Assembly: GCA_046881885.1 (NCBI GenBank)
Contig: JBKSMP010000024.1
Coordinates: forward strand, 1-32,000
Direction: 5' to 3'
Length of the DNA: 32,000 nt
Source of the DNA: Opitutales bacterium
GTDB taxonomy: Bacteria > Verrucomicrobiota > Verrucomicrobiia > Opitutales > UBA9783
Part shown: positions 16,570 to 24,989 of the stretch, piece after piece
Position numbering within the stretch: position 1 is the stretch's first letter
How the letters are laid out: each line of letters starts with the position of its first letter
Program-made: the position numbers and the translations under genes
Notes under the pieces: generated by a model
What the model saw: the letters and a program-made list of their open reading frames with translations, nothing else
Databases searched by the model: none
Told to the model about the DNA's origin: nothing

Positions 16570-16782
16570 CTAATAATCACGTTGATTTTGAAGCCACGCA
16601 ACAAATAATTCGCTTTGATTTTTCCAGCAATTCCTATAAAATTTTAACAATCAAGCTTGTAGAGTAAATTTCATTTAAGAATTTTATGTCACATCATGCT
16701 ACCGAGCAGTATATTCTATAGAAATCAGCGAAAATTGGCTTGATTACTAAAAAAATTAGAAAATCCAATTCGCATTCATTCA

Positions 16783-17580
16783 TCAACGGTACGTAAGTGC
16801 CAAGGCTTCGACGATTTTATCCCAACCGTTGACGAGCACAAAGAGCATCAATTTAAACGGAAGTGAAATCGTCATTGGCGAGACCATCATCATACCCATT
16901 GCGAGGAGGATATTGGAGATAATAAGGTCGATTGCGATAAAGGGTAAATAAATGAGAAATCCGATTTCAAAGGCAGCTGTTAATTCGGTTAAAACGAATG
17001 CCGGGACACAGATAATAAGATCGGAATCTTTAATGTCTTTTACAAAGGATTTTGGCCATAAACGCTTCGCTACATGGATCAAAAAAGCACGATGTTTGGG
17101 CGTTGAATGCTTCATGAGAAAGTCCACAAAAGGTTGTTTGGTGTAACCAAAGATCGCTTTTAGATCCTCTGTTTGATTTTTTAGTTGTTCTGTTTTACTT
17201 TCCTCTCCAGAAACCAGGTTGTTTAAGAAATTAGCTTCGTTCGATTGTTCTTTACGATAAGGTTTCATTGCTTCTGGAAGCTCAAATGTTGTGTTATTGC
17301 CCTTGCGCTGATTGAGGACATCGCGCGACTGTACCATACGATAAATCCCTTCTTGTAAGGTCGGAGCCATGATATAAAGCGTTAAAATCAATGCAAGGCC
17401 ATTGACAACCATATTGGGTGGAACTTGCTGCAAACCCATTGCCTGTCGCAACAGGTTTATAACAACGACCAACTTCATAAAAGAAGTGATCATCATGGCA
17501 ACAAAAGGTCCTAAGGATAATACAATGAGGAGAATAATAATCCCCATTGGATCGTAAATAAACGAATCGTTAAATGGCAT
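16783..17580 (-). CDS. sctR: T3SS export-apparatus protein SctR (YscR/FliP family)
   Basis: SLGPFVAMMITSFMKLVVVINLLRQAMGLQQVPPNMVVNGLALILTLYIMAP and the C-terminal AFEIGFLIYLPFIAIDLIISNILLAMGMMMVSPMTISLPFKLMLFVLVNGW are hallmark SctR/FliP sequences. Confidence 0.93.
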   Translation of the reverse strand: MPFNDSFIYDPMGIIILLIVLSLGPFVAMMITSFMKLVVVINLLRQAMGLQQVPPNMVVNGLALILTLYIMAPTLQEGIYRMVQSRDVLNQRKGNNTTFELPEAMKPYRKEQSNEANFLNNLVSGEESKTEQLKNQTEDLKAIFGYTKQPFVDFLMKHSTPKHRAFLIHVAKRLWPKSFVKDIKDSDLIICVPAFVLTELTAAFEIGFLIYLPFIAIDLIISNILLAMGMMMVSPMTISLPFKLMLFVLVNGWDKIVEALALTYR

Positions 17581-17581
17581 C

Positions 17582-17965
17582 TTATTTTAAATTGAGTTGA
17601 GTGATACGGACACCTAAATGTTCGTTGATTTGTACCCATTCGCCTTCACCAATACAACGACCATTAGCAAGGATTTGAAGCGTATCACTAGGTGTTTTAT
17701 CGAGTTCAAAAGCATAACCTTCGTGTAACTGCTTAACTTGTTCAAGTGATAGGGTCTGCTCACCTGCCATAAAAGTAATCGTTACGGGCATGGTCTGCAG
17801 TGCATCTTGCCCGGTAACCGAAACCGGTTCACTAGTCTCCTCTTCTTCCGGAGGCTGAGGCGTCTCTTCAATTTCTTCTGAAACTTCTTCCGTTTCTGGT
17901 GGTGTTTCTTCAGGTATAATACCCGCTGGTAAATCGTTATTTTCGTCCATAATCATCGTCCACAA
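17582..17965 (-). CDS. sctQ: T3SS sorting-platform protein SctQ, C-terminal SpoA (FliN-like) module encoded as a separate ORF
   Basis: The C-terminus TLSLEQVKQLHEGYAFELDK...LQILANGRCIGEGEWVQINEHLGVRITQL has the SpoA/FliN signature. It is preceded by an acidic Pro/Glu linker. The track start is TTG at 17965; in-frame ATGs lie at 17956 and 17950. The upstream ORF stops at 17937-17939, so the two overlap in different frames. Confidence 0.8.
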   Translation of the reverse strand: MWTMIMDENNDLPAGIIPEETPPETEEVSEEIEETPQPPEEEETSEPVSVTGQDALQTMPVTITFMAGEQTLSLEQVKQLHEGYAFELDKTPSDTLQILANGRCIGEGEWVQINEHLGVRITQLNLK

Positions 17966-18656
17966 TTAAAGATTTTACAGTTATTGTTTGACCTTCGCAA
18001 TCCGCTTGAAATGCAAAGTTTTTCCATCGAAAATTAAAATACGTTTGTCCGTCTTTAACCAATAAGACATCACCCAAATTTAAAGTTTTAACGTCTTGCA
18101 ACAAAAGCTGTGTTTGTGCACGTTCGATTGTAAAAGGAAAAACTAAACCTTCTGCTTCATTTGCAGGTTCAATGCTCTTAAAAAGGCCATCAAAAGTATT
18201 TAACGGCAGATTATCTGCGTTTATATAAAGCGAATAAATCGGTGTATCTTCGCGATTTATGATACATTGTACAAGGTTAGAACAGGGTTTCTCTTCTTCC
18301 CATAATTCCACTTTTTTAGGCGTTAAAACAAGCTGCCACTGCGCAAAAATGCTCGCAATATTCGTCTGTAAGGTATTTAACAAGATCGTCTTTAGATCTC
18401 CAGAAAGATCTTTTAAATCCATGCTTTCAAGTTGCGGATCCAGAAAAGTACATAAACCATTGCTTGGAACGAAAAATTGTACTTCGGTCTCTTGAAACGT
18501 ATACGTTAAACAGGCAATACATTGGGCTTGTTGCTCTCGTCCTAAATTAAGCGTATGAACTAGGTCTATGTGCGAAAACGGTAACGAATTGCACCAGTTT
18601 CGACTAAGGTGCGCATACAAAGGCAATAAAGTGCAACTCGGTTTAAAGGCCTCCAT
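17937..18656 (-). CDS. sctQ: T3SS sorting-platform protein SctQ, N-terminal part including a first SpoA-like segment
   Basis: Sits between sctP and the SpoA ORF. Its C-terminal region (FPFTIERAQTQLLLQDVKTLNLGDVLLVKDGQ..FAFQADCEGQTITVKSL) resembles the first SpoA repeat of YscQ/SpaO. Confidence 0.7.
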   Translation of the reverse strand: MEAFKPSCTLLPLYAHLSRNWCNSLPFSHIDLVHTLNLGREQQAQCIACLTYTFQETEVQFFVPSNGLCTFLDPQLESMDLKDLSGDLKTILLNTLQTNIASIFAQWQLVLTPKKVELWEEEKPCSNLVQCIINREDTPIYSLYINADNLPLNTFDGLFKSIEPANEAEGLVFPFTIERAQTQLLLQDVKTLNLGDVLLVKDGQTYFNFRWKNFAFQADCEGQTITVKSLIVDDDYGRK

Positions 18657-18658
18657 CG

Positions 18659-19813
18659 TTATTGCTCATCCTCATCATCTTCCAAGGACTGATATTCGTT
18701 GCGATTACGTGACCGACCGTCCTTGGGTTGATCTAGGTCATTATCCATTTCCTTCAAAGATACGTGCACCTCTTCAAATTGCTTTAAATTGCTTTGTAAA
18801 TAGCCTTGTAGATCCAACTGATTCGATTGAATAAAAGCAATACTTTTTACATCAGACGAAACAAATTGCACCTGTAATGCTTGGCCTAACTTTTGAATAT
18901 TAACTTCTGTTTCCGCCAAAACCGTAGGTGAAAAAACCACTTTAACCGATTGATTCGCATTTAAACTCGCTGTTGAGACCAAAATACGATCGACAATTTG
19001 ATCCTTAATTTGTTGTGCAATCGAAGTATTACTTGCTTGCAAACCTGTTGTTTCGCTTGCTTTAGAATCGACCGTTGTAGATACATTCGCTCCTGAAGAC
19101 TCGGTTGCTGTTGTCCCTACTCCTCCAACTGGTAACGTTTCTGTCAATTGCGGCATGTTACCTTTGGAATCTTCGGAAAAGATTTTGGTTGGAAAATTAT
19201 CATTAATTAAAAAGTCTTTATTCAAATCATCCTTAAGAGATTTTTCTAAATTTTTAATTAAATACGAAGTTTCTATTTTTTCATGTTTATTTTTACTAAC
19301 ATCTAAAGGAATAAAGTCTTTATTGAAATTATTGCTTGGAAGTTTTGTTTTTGTAGAAGTTTTTATTAAGGGTTGATTCAAACTATCTTTTTGAGCTTTT
19401 GTTGTATTCTCATTTAACTTAGTAGAAATTTGAGGTAGTTTTTTATCTGGAACATCACTTTCTTTCTTAGGAGTTTTCAAATAAAAAGATTGTTGAGGGT
19501 TTTCCTGTGAATCCGTATCATTAGATTGATTTTGAGATTGTTCTTTTTCGTCCGACAACTTTAACCTACGAAATAAACTTCCCAAATCTTGTACGGAGTC
19601 TTCAGAACTGTCAGAAAGACCTGTAGATACATCATCTTTGTGTTCATCCGACACATGCTTCTTAAAAATACGAACATCTTGATCATTAGCCGAATTTGTA
19701 GGCGTATTTTTTTGATTTTCCGATGAAAAATTATCGTTAACTGCAATTTTATCCACTTCCATCTTTTTCTTTCGTTTTAAAGTCTTCGAGTTCCTTGTCC
19801 TGTTCTCGCTCAT
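18659..19813 (-). CDS. sctP: T3SS needle-length regulator / substrate-specificity switch SctP (YscP/FliK-like)
   Basis: A low-complexity Ser/Asn/Lys/Asp-rich ruler region is followed by a T3S4-like C-terminal domain (IAQQIKDQIVDRILVS..NQSVKVVFSPTVLAETEVNIQKLGQALQVQFVS). Lies between sctO and sctQ. The start could instead be the Met at 19762. Confidence 0.7.
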   Translation of the reverse strand: MSENRTRNSKTLKRKKKMEVDKIAVNDNFSSENQKNTPTNSANDQDVRIFKKHVSDEHKDDVSTGLSDSSEDSVQDLGSLFRRLKLSDEKEQSQNQSNDTDSQENPQQSFYLKTPKKESDVPDKKLPQISTKLNENTTKAQKDSLNQPLIKTSTKTKLPSNNFNKDFIPLDVSKNKHEKIETSYLIKNLEKSLKDDLNKDFLINDNFPTKIFSEDSKGNMPQLTETLPVGGVGTTATESSGANVSTTVDSKASETTGLQASNTSIAQQIKDQIVDRILVSTASLNANQSVKVVFSPTVLAETEVNIQKLGQALQVQFVSSDVKSIAFIQSNQLDLQGYLQSNLKQFEEVHVSLKEMDNDLDQPKDGRSRNRNEYQSLEDDEDEQ

Positions 19814-20231
19814 CCAAAATTCTTACTTCTTCCTTCCAAATCTTTTTATGCTCTTCGATTTTATCCTTTTCGAGCATTGCCTGCTTTAAAGCTTCGGAAG
19901 CTTCCGTAACTTTTTGTTGAGCCTCTTTATAATTATTATGTGCTTTTTCTAGATCGATTGCAAGCTTCAATTGATGTTCTTCTAATTTATTAACTTTTAA
20001 GTTAATCACATCCATATAATTGCGCTTGAATTGCACTTTTTGCATTACCTTTGTATAAATAATATCGATAAAGTCAGGTTTTTTTTGAATAAAGGCATCC
20101 AGTTTTTCTTGGCAAAGTTGTATATGTTTTAGAGCTTCTTCGAGAGCTTGCTTTGCTTTCATAAGAACTTCTTGAGCATGATCTTTACGATGATCGCGTA
20201 CACGTAACAAATCCTGTAGTTCATACTGCAT
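19749..20231 (-). CDS. sctO: T3SS stalk protein SctO (YscO/FliJ-like coiled coil)
   Basis: 160-aa all-helical, charged coiled-coil protein immediately downstream of the ATPase gene, which is the canonical sctO position. Confidence 0.7.
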   Translation of the reverse strand: MQYELQDLLRVRDHRKDHAQEVLMKAKQALEEALKHIQLCQEKLDAFIQKKPDFIDIIYTKVMQKVQFKRNYMDVINLKVNKLEEHQLKLAIDLEKAHNNYKEAQQKVTEASEALKQAMLEKDKIEEHKKIWKEEVRILDEREQDKELEDFKTKEKDGSG

Positions 20232-20235
20232 TTAT

Positions 20236-21561
20236 TTAAGCATTAACAACCTTTATCAATTGCTCTACAGTTTCTTGGTAGGTGTTTTTTTCACTTAAAC
20301 CTTGTCGTAAGAATGCATTTATTTGCGGCATTTTTTCAATAGCTTCATCCACTTCAGCATCATTACCTTTTTTATATTCACCGATACGCAGCAACAATTC
20401 TACTTCTTGATATTTCGCCATCATATTACGCAGTTTACCGGCTGCCGTTAGGTGATCCTTATCGACAATTGCATTCATAACACGACTGATACTGGCAAGA
20501 ATATCAATCGCAGGATAATGGTTGGCACTCCCTAATTTACGCGAAAGAATGATGTGGCCGTCTAAAATCGAACGTGTTTCGTCAGCAATCGGTTCGGTCA
20601 TGTCATCACCTTCCACTAAAACGGTATACAAAGCTGTAATCGATCCTTTTGCTGATTGCCCTGCACGTTCCATCAATTTAGGAAGGGTTGAAAACACGGA
20701 AGGTGGAAATCCGCGTCGTGTCGGTGGCTCTCCTGCAGCCAATCCAATTTCACGCTGAGCACGCCCGAAACGTGTTACGGAATCCATAAGGAGCAACACT
20801 TTCCTTCCTTGATCACGAAAATACTCGGCAACACTTGTAGCAACATAAGCAGCCTTAAGACGCTCTGTTGAAGACCTATCAGACGTTGCAATAACAAGCA
20901 CAGAACGTTTCATTCCTTCCTCTCCTAGGTCTCGTTCTACGAATTCTCGAACTTCACGACCACGTTCCCCAATCAAAGCCAAAACAGAAATTTCTGCTTC
21001 AGTATTACGAATAATTTGCGCTAATAGCGTACTTTTACCACCACCAGCTGCCGCAAAAATTCCCAAACGTTGACCTTCGCCACACGTCAACAGCCCATCG
21101 AGTGCACGCACACCTAAGGACATTGGCTTATTAATCGGATTTCGTGACATAGGAGGCGGTGGATCGGCATAAACAGGATAATAGGTTTCTGGCGTAAAGG
21201 GGCCTTTCGTGTCCGCATCTGAAACATTCCCCAAACCATCCAGCACACGTCCTAAAAGCCCTGGACCAACGGGTACGCTATGGGTTCTACCAGAAGGAAT
21301 GACTTGTGTAGAAGAAGAAACACCATTGACCTCTCCTAAAGGGGTCAACAAGGCAGCTTCTTGGACAAATCCGACTACCTCTGCTAAGCTTTCGGTCTTA
21401 TCATTTGGATTAAAAAGCGTACACAACTCCCCTACCCTTACGCCAGGAACAAAGGCTTTGATCATGCTTCCAACTACCTGCAAAACCTTTCCGCGAGCAA
21501 CCATAGGATTAGCTGTTTGTATAGCCCGATTCAAAAAATCCTTTAAAACAAGATCGTCCAT
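20236..21561 (-). CDS. sctN: T3SS ATPase SctN
   Basis: Walker [25 protein letters not shown], Walker [54 protein letters not shown] and [13 protein letters not shown] are diagnostic of YscN/FliI-class ATPases. Confidence 0.97.
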   Translation of the reverse strand: MDDLVLKDFLNRAIQTANPMVARGKVLQVVGSMIKAFVPGVRVGELCTLFNPNDKTESLAEVVGFVQEAALLTPLGEVNGVSSSTQVIPSGRTHSVPVGPGLLGRVLDGLGNVSDADTKGPFTPETYYPVYADPPPPMSRNPINKPMSLGVRALDGLLTCGEGQRLGIFAAAGGGKSTLLAQIIRNTEAEISVLALIGERGREVREFVERDLGEEGMKRSVLVIATSDRSSTERLKAAYVATSVAEYFRDQGRKVLLLMDSVTRFGRAQREIGLAAGEPPTRRGFPPSVFSTLPKLMERAGQSAKGSITALYTVLVEGDDMTEPIADETRSILDGHIILSRKLGSANHYPAIDILASISRVMNAIVDKDHLTAAGKLRNMMAKYQEVELLLRIGEYKKGNDAEVDEAIEKMPQINAFLRQGLSEKNTYQETVEQLIKVVNA

Positions 21562-21563
21562 AG

Positions 21564-22199
21564 TTATCGTAATGCCTCTTGTATTGCCTTCATAATTGTT
21601 TCCAATTGCATAGAAACACTTGCTTCTAGGATGCCAGTTTCAGTTTCAAGCGTACATTCATCCAAGTTCAAATCCTTATTAATGACAACCTCGACACGTT
21701 CCAAATTAGGCTTTAACTCTATCAATTCATTAACTTTTTCTTGCAACAAAGTCGCTTGGTCAGGATGTACCGCAATCGACAAACATTTACCTTCTGGAAG
21801 CAGCTTAATCGCATTTTTTACAACTGAACAAATTCGTTCTTCTGGTGGAATTTCACCTAAAATCTTCAAAAACATCGATTGCAGGGTGCTTACAAAGGTT
21901 GCATTTAAATTTGAAAAAAATTGAATTCCATGATCCATTTGCTCAAAAATCTTTGCCAAACGCTCTTGTTCCATTTGCTGACGACATTCTTCTTCCGACT
22001 TTGCACGATCGGCTGCTATGCTTTTCTGAGCATCCTCTTTCATCAATTGGATTTGCGCCTCTGCTTGCTCAAACATTTTTTGACGCTTCAACTTCGCATT
22101 AGCAATAATGTCTTCAGATTGAGCAAATACCGCATATTCCTCGCATTTTACGATACGGCTTTCTGGACATATTTTTTTAGAACTCTGCAAGATTAACAT
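21564..22199 (-). CDS. sctL: T3SS stator / ATPase regulator SctL (YscL/FliH family)
   Basis: 211 aa with a charged coiled-coil N-half ([36 protein letters not shown]) and a globular C-half. Lies immediately upstream of sctN. Confidence 0.8.
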   Translation of the reverse strand: MLILQSSKKICPESRIVKCEEYAVFAQSEDIIANAKLKRQKMFEQAEAQIQLMKEDAQKSIAADRAKSEEECRQQMEQERLAKIFEQMDHGIQFFSNLNATFVSTLQSMFLKILGEIPPEERICSVVKNAIKLLPEGKCLSIAVHPDQATLLQEKVNELIELKPNLERVEVVINKDLNLDECTLETETGILEASVSMQLETIMKAIQEALR

Positions 22200-22825
22200 A
22201 CTGTTACCTCCAATTCTTGCTGAAATAGTTTCTTTACAAGGGAAAACAGATTTACTTGAACCTGCGGATCGATTACATGTCTAAAATTCCAAGTTGTATT
22301 AAGATCAAATTGCATCATAAAACGCTGTTGTAGCGGCTCTGCGATTTGCGTCCAAAGGTATTCTAGAGCAAAATGCCCCATAGTGGCCACCTTCATAAGA
22401 ATAGGCATATTCCTTTCAGGTGCAGCTAAATTTGCCAAAGTAGGTTTATATAAACTACCCCGTTTTAGGACACATTCATAAATAGGTTGCGACAAAAAAT
22501 TTTGCAAAGACGTACGCGTAGAGCCATCAATAACATGCTTAATCTCGTCTGTATAATAGAGCGATCCAAGAAACTTTTCCATAACCAACCAAGATTCTGT
22601 TGGAATATTCAAAAGTTTACAATAGGGATCCTTTAAAGTGGATAAGGTTAAATGTTTATGCGTACACTTTTTTTGGATAAAAAAATAGATTTTATTGGCT
22701 AAAACGGTATTGTTGAGCTTTGAAAAATTAAAGAAAGATTGGGGCAAAAAAGAAGTTAAACGCGATGGATGAATCGGTAAGGATTCATCAAAACGAATGC
22801 AATCTAACACCCCAGTTAAACTCAT
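22193..22825 (-). CDS. sctK: T3SS sorting-platform protein SctK (YscK-like)
   Basis: 210 aa, lying between sctJ and sctL. The N-terminal IRFDESLPIHPS resembles the YscK-family RF.P..Y.H start. The call rests mainly on position and size. Confidence 0.6.
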   Translation of the reverse strand: MSLTGVLDCIRFDESLPIHPSRLTSFLPQSFFNFSKLNNTVLANKIYFFIQKKCTHKHLTLSTLKDPYCKLLNIPTESWLVMEKFLGSLYYTDEIKHVIDGSTRTSLQNFLSQPIYECVLKRGSLYKPTLANLAAPERNMPILMKVATMGHFALEYLWTQIAEPLQQRFMMQFDLNTTWNFRHVIDPQVQVNLFSLVKKLFQQELEVTVC

Positions 22826-22827
22826 TA

Positions 22828-23601
22828 TTATTCAGCCTCTACAGAAGGTTCTTGTTTTTTCTCTTTCTTCAAGAAGCGTGGCATAAGCATACCAACAGCC
22901 AATCCAATTGCTAACACGCCTATCAACATAAAAATAAACGAACTTACTGAAGAATTTCTTACGGATACACCGCAAATCGTTTTAAAAGGAGCTTCTGTAC
23001 GAATCGAACTTAAAGGCAAGCGTTCGTTCGGATTAGACGCTGGGAATAAGGAAACATTAACTTTATCGTAGGCTAATCCTTCGATACTATTCGTAATTAA
23101 TTGGCGAATATCACGAACGCAATCTTCTAAGTTAATTTGCGGTAAATACGAGATAAAGACAGACGCTGATGACGGTGTTATCTTCTCTGTATAAGGATCA
23201 TTGTCTGGCAAAACAATATGTACACGTGCGGTTACAACACCATGAATATGGGTTATCGTTTCGGATAATTCTTCCGATAATGCATACATAAAACGAATAC
23301 GTTCTTCAAGCGGTGAAGAAACCAAACCAGATTTCTTAAAGGCTTCACCTAAAGACGAAAATGAATCTCTTGGGTATCCAGCCTCATTAAGCAATAAGAC
23401 GGCTTCTGAAAATTCGTCTTTGCTAACAATCATATTCCAAAGACCTTCAGAACCTGAAACTTTGTCACAGGTAACATGATTGGACAGCAAAATAGCGACC
23501 ATTTCATTAACTTCTTTTTCAGGCAAATTCGTATATAACGTTTGTTGCCCACAACCTGCTAGCACTAATGCCAGCAAAGAGATTCCCCATTTCCAAAACA
23601 T
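22828..23601 (-). CDS. sctJ: T3SS inner-membrane ring lipoprotein SctJ (YscJ/PrgK family)
   Basis: Start placed at MFWKWGISLLALVLAGC (lipobox LAGC), 1 nt after the sctI stop. Also LPEKEVNEMVAILLSN, a C-terminal TM helix (FIFMLIGVLAIGLAVGMLM) and a charged tail. Confidence 0.9.
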   Translation of the reverse strand: MFWKWGISLLALVLAGCGQQTLYTNLPEKEVNEMVAILLSNHVTCDKVSGSEGLWNMIVSKDEFSEAVLLLNEAGYPRDSFSSLGEAFKKSGLVSSPLEERIRFMYALSEELSETITHIHGVVTARVHIVLPDNDPYTEKITPSSASVFISYLPQINLEDCVRDIRQLITNSIEGLAYDKVNVSLFPASNPNERLPLSSIRTEAPFKTICGVSVRNSSVSSFIFMLIGVLAIGLAVGMLMPRFLKKEKKQEPSVEAE

Positions 23602-23602
23602 T

Positions 23603-24016
23603 TTATTGATTTCTAAACATTGTTTGTGCACCTTGACTGACACGATCTGCACTTTTGGCAATCAGCTCATTTACGAGTTGAAATTCGTGTACTTTTGTTT
23701 GTAACCTTAAAGCATCCGCCATATTCATATTGCCTGGCGATTCAATCGCTTCAAATGCTTCCATAATGCCTTTAACCGAATCTGCTTGCTTATTCGACAT
23801 ACGTTGCAGAGAAGTAAGCACCTCATCAGTAACATTTTTAGGGTCTTGCGAAGCTACGTTTGCTGTTGGTGGAACATTGGCTAATTCTGCTTGAAATGCG
23901 CTTACATCGTCTGTTGTCAGGTTGCTTGTATCGCGCATTGACAAATTGTCATTGTAGGCATTTGAGGCCGCAGCATTTGCAAATGAATTCGCTAAAGAAG
24001 ATCCTTCTATCGACAT
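23603..24016 (-). CDS. sctI: T3SS inner-rod protein SctI (YscI/PrgJ-like)
   Basis: 137 aa, directly upstream of sctJ. The C-terminal helix ..EFQLVNELIAKSADRVSQGAQTMFRNQ resembles rod/needle-family termini. Confidence 0.65.
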   Translation of the reverse strand: MSIEGSSLANSFANAAASNAYNDNLSMRDTSNLTTDDVSAFQAELANVPPTANVASQDPKNVTDEVLTSLQRMSNKQADSVKGIMEAFEAIESPGNMNMADALRLQTKVHEFQLVNELIAKSADRVSQGAQTMFRNQ

Positions 24017-24025
24017 AAAAACCTC

Positions 24026-24469
24026 CTATTGTACTACACTTGCTAATTGTTCCTTTTGCAAATCTTGAAAGGGTAAAACCTTATCCTTTTGCATAGCAAT
24101 TACTTGTTGGGCAAATTGTTTTGCATTTTCATCTTTGCCTGATTTCAAAAGGCTTTGAGCCAAAGGTATCGCCTCTGAGTCTTGCTTCATACACATTAAA
24201 GAAAGCGCTAAAATACTTTTTGCTAATTCATTGTCCTTATGCTTTTCCAAAACCTTCGAAGCAAGTTTCCCACCTTGCACGAAATCGCCCATAAGTACTA
24301 AAGCCAAACTATGAACCAATTTAACTTCCATACTTTCAGGACGCGCTTGAGCAACCGCTTCAAAAATAGGTCTGGCGTCTTTAAAAATGTTTTTTTCAAT
24401 ACCAACAAGCCCAATATTGATTAAAAATTGCAACAAATCGGCATCCACTTTTTCTTTTAATTTTGCCAT
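24026..24469 (-). CDS. sctG: TPR-like T3SS chaperone, positionally SctG (YscG/PscG-type needle chaperone)
   Basis: 147-aa all-helical protein with TPR-like A/L spacing, lying between the needle gene and the rod gene. A class II translocator chaperone cannot be excluded. Confidence 0.55.
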   Translation of the reverse strand: MAKLKEKVDADLLQFLINIGLVGIEKNIFKDARPIFEAVAQARPESMEVKLVHSLALVLMGDFVQGGKLASKVLEKHKDNELAKSILALSLMCMKQDSEAIPLAQSLLKSGKDENAKQFAQQVIAMQKDKVLPFQDLQKEQLASVVQ

Positions 24470-24473
24470 AAAT

Positions 24474-24773
24474 TTACCTTATATTCTGTACTAATGATTT
24501 AAAAGTCGTATTAAAACAGGCCTGCAAAGTCGAAACAAGCGTTACAATAATACTATGCTTATTGACTTCATAACCTACCGACATAACGTCTGCTTGCGTA
24601 ATACTTCCCGGTTCTTTTTGTGCTAAGTCATTTATTTTTGCCTGAGCAGAACCTTCTGCTTTTTCAATAACCTCATTTAAATGCTCATGAACATTTTGTA
24701 TGTCATAATCGGATTGTCCAAGATTAGACCATAATGTTTGTGAGGTAGAATCTTTAGTAAAACTTGCACTCAT
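24474..24773 (-). CDS. sctF: T3SS needle filament protein SctF
   Basis: 99-aa two-helix protein. The C-terminus ..CFNTTFKSLVQNIR matches the conserved needle ending (..IIQNFR in YscF/MxiH). It occupies the ysc F position. Confidence 0.8.
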   Translation of the reverse strand: MSASFTKDSTSQTLWSNLGQSDYDIQNVHEHLNEVIEKAEGSAQAKINDLAQKEPGSITQADVMSVGYEVNKHSIIVTLVSTLQACFNTTFKSLVQNIR

Positions 24774-24776
24774 AAT

Positions 24777-24986
24777 TTATCCTTCCTGTAAAATAATTTT
24801 TCTTGCGTGTTTAATCGCTCCATTCAATGCTTGCAATGTCGTGCGTTCAGACGCAGGATATTGTGGAACTTTTAATTCACGTTCATACGCTAATAACTGC
24901 TCCAATAATTCTTTGCGATAGGCACCCGTTTTATCGGCCGATAATCGTTGCCCCTCTTCTGTTAATGTCATTTTTATTTTTTTCAT
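24777..24986 (-). CDS. sctE: Small T3SS needle co-chaperone, SctE-like (YscE/PscE)
   Basis: 69-aa helical protein between sctD and sctF. The pattern LL..LLAYERELKVPQYPASE..TLQALNGAIKHARKIIL resembles the PscE/YscE layout. Recalled from memory, not searched. Confidence 0.5.
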   Translation of the reverse strand: MKKIKMTLTEEGQRLSADKTGAYRKELLEQLLAYERELKVPQYPASERTTLQALNGAIKHARKIILQEG

Positions 24987-24989
24987 AAA

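Noticed and set aside
16700-16735. A third IEYT-encoding snippet (..LISIEYTAR*) hinting at another transposase relic
   Set aside because: Similarity is limited to about 12 nt of AT-rich sequence and is not colinear with the other two copies.
23602-23661. 20-codon extension of the sctJ ORF overlapping sctI
   Set aside because: The lipoprotein signal peptide starts at MFWKWGISLLALVLAGC (23601). The extension would bury the signal peptide and overlap the sctI C-terminus.
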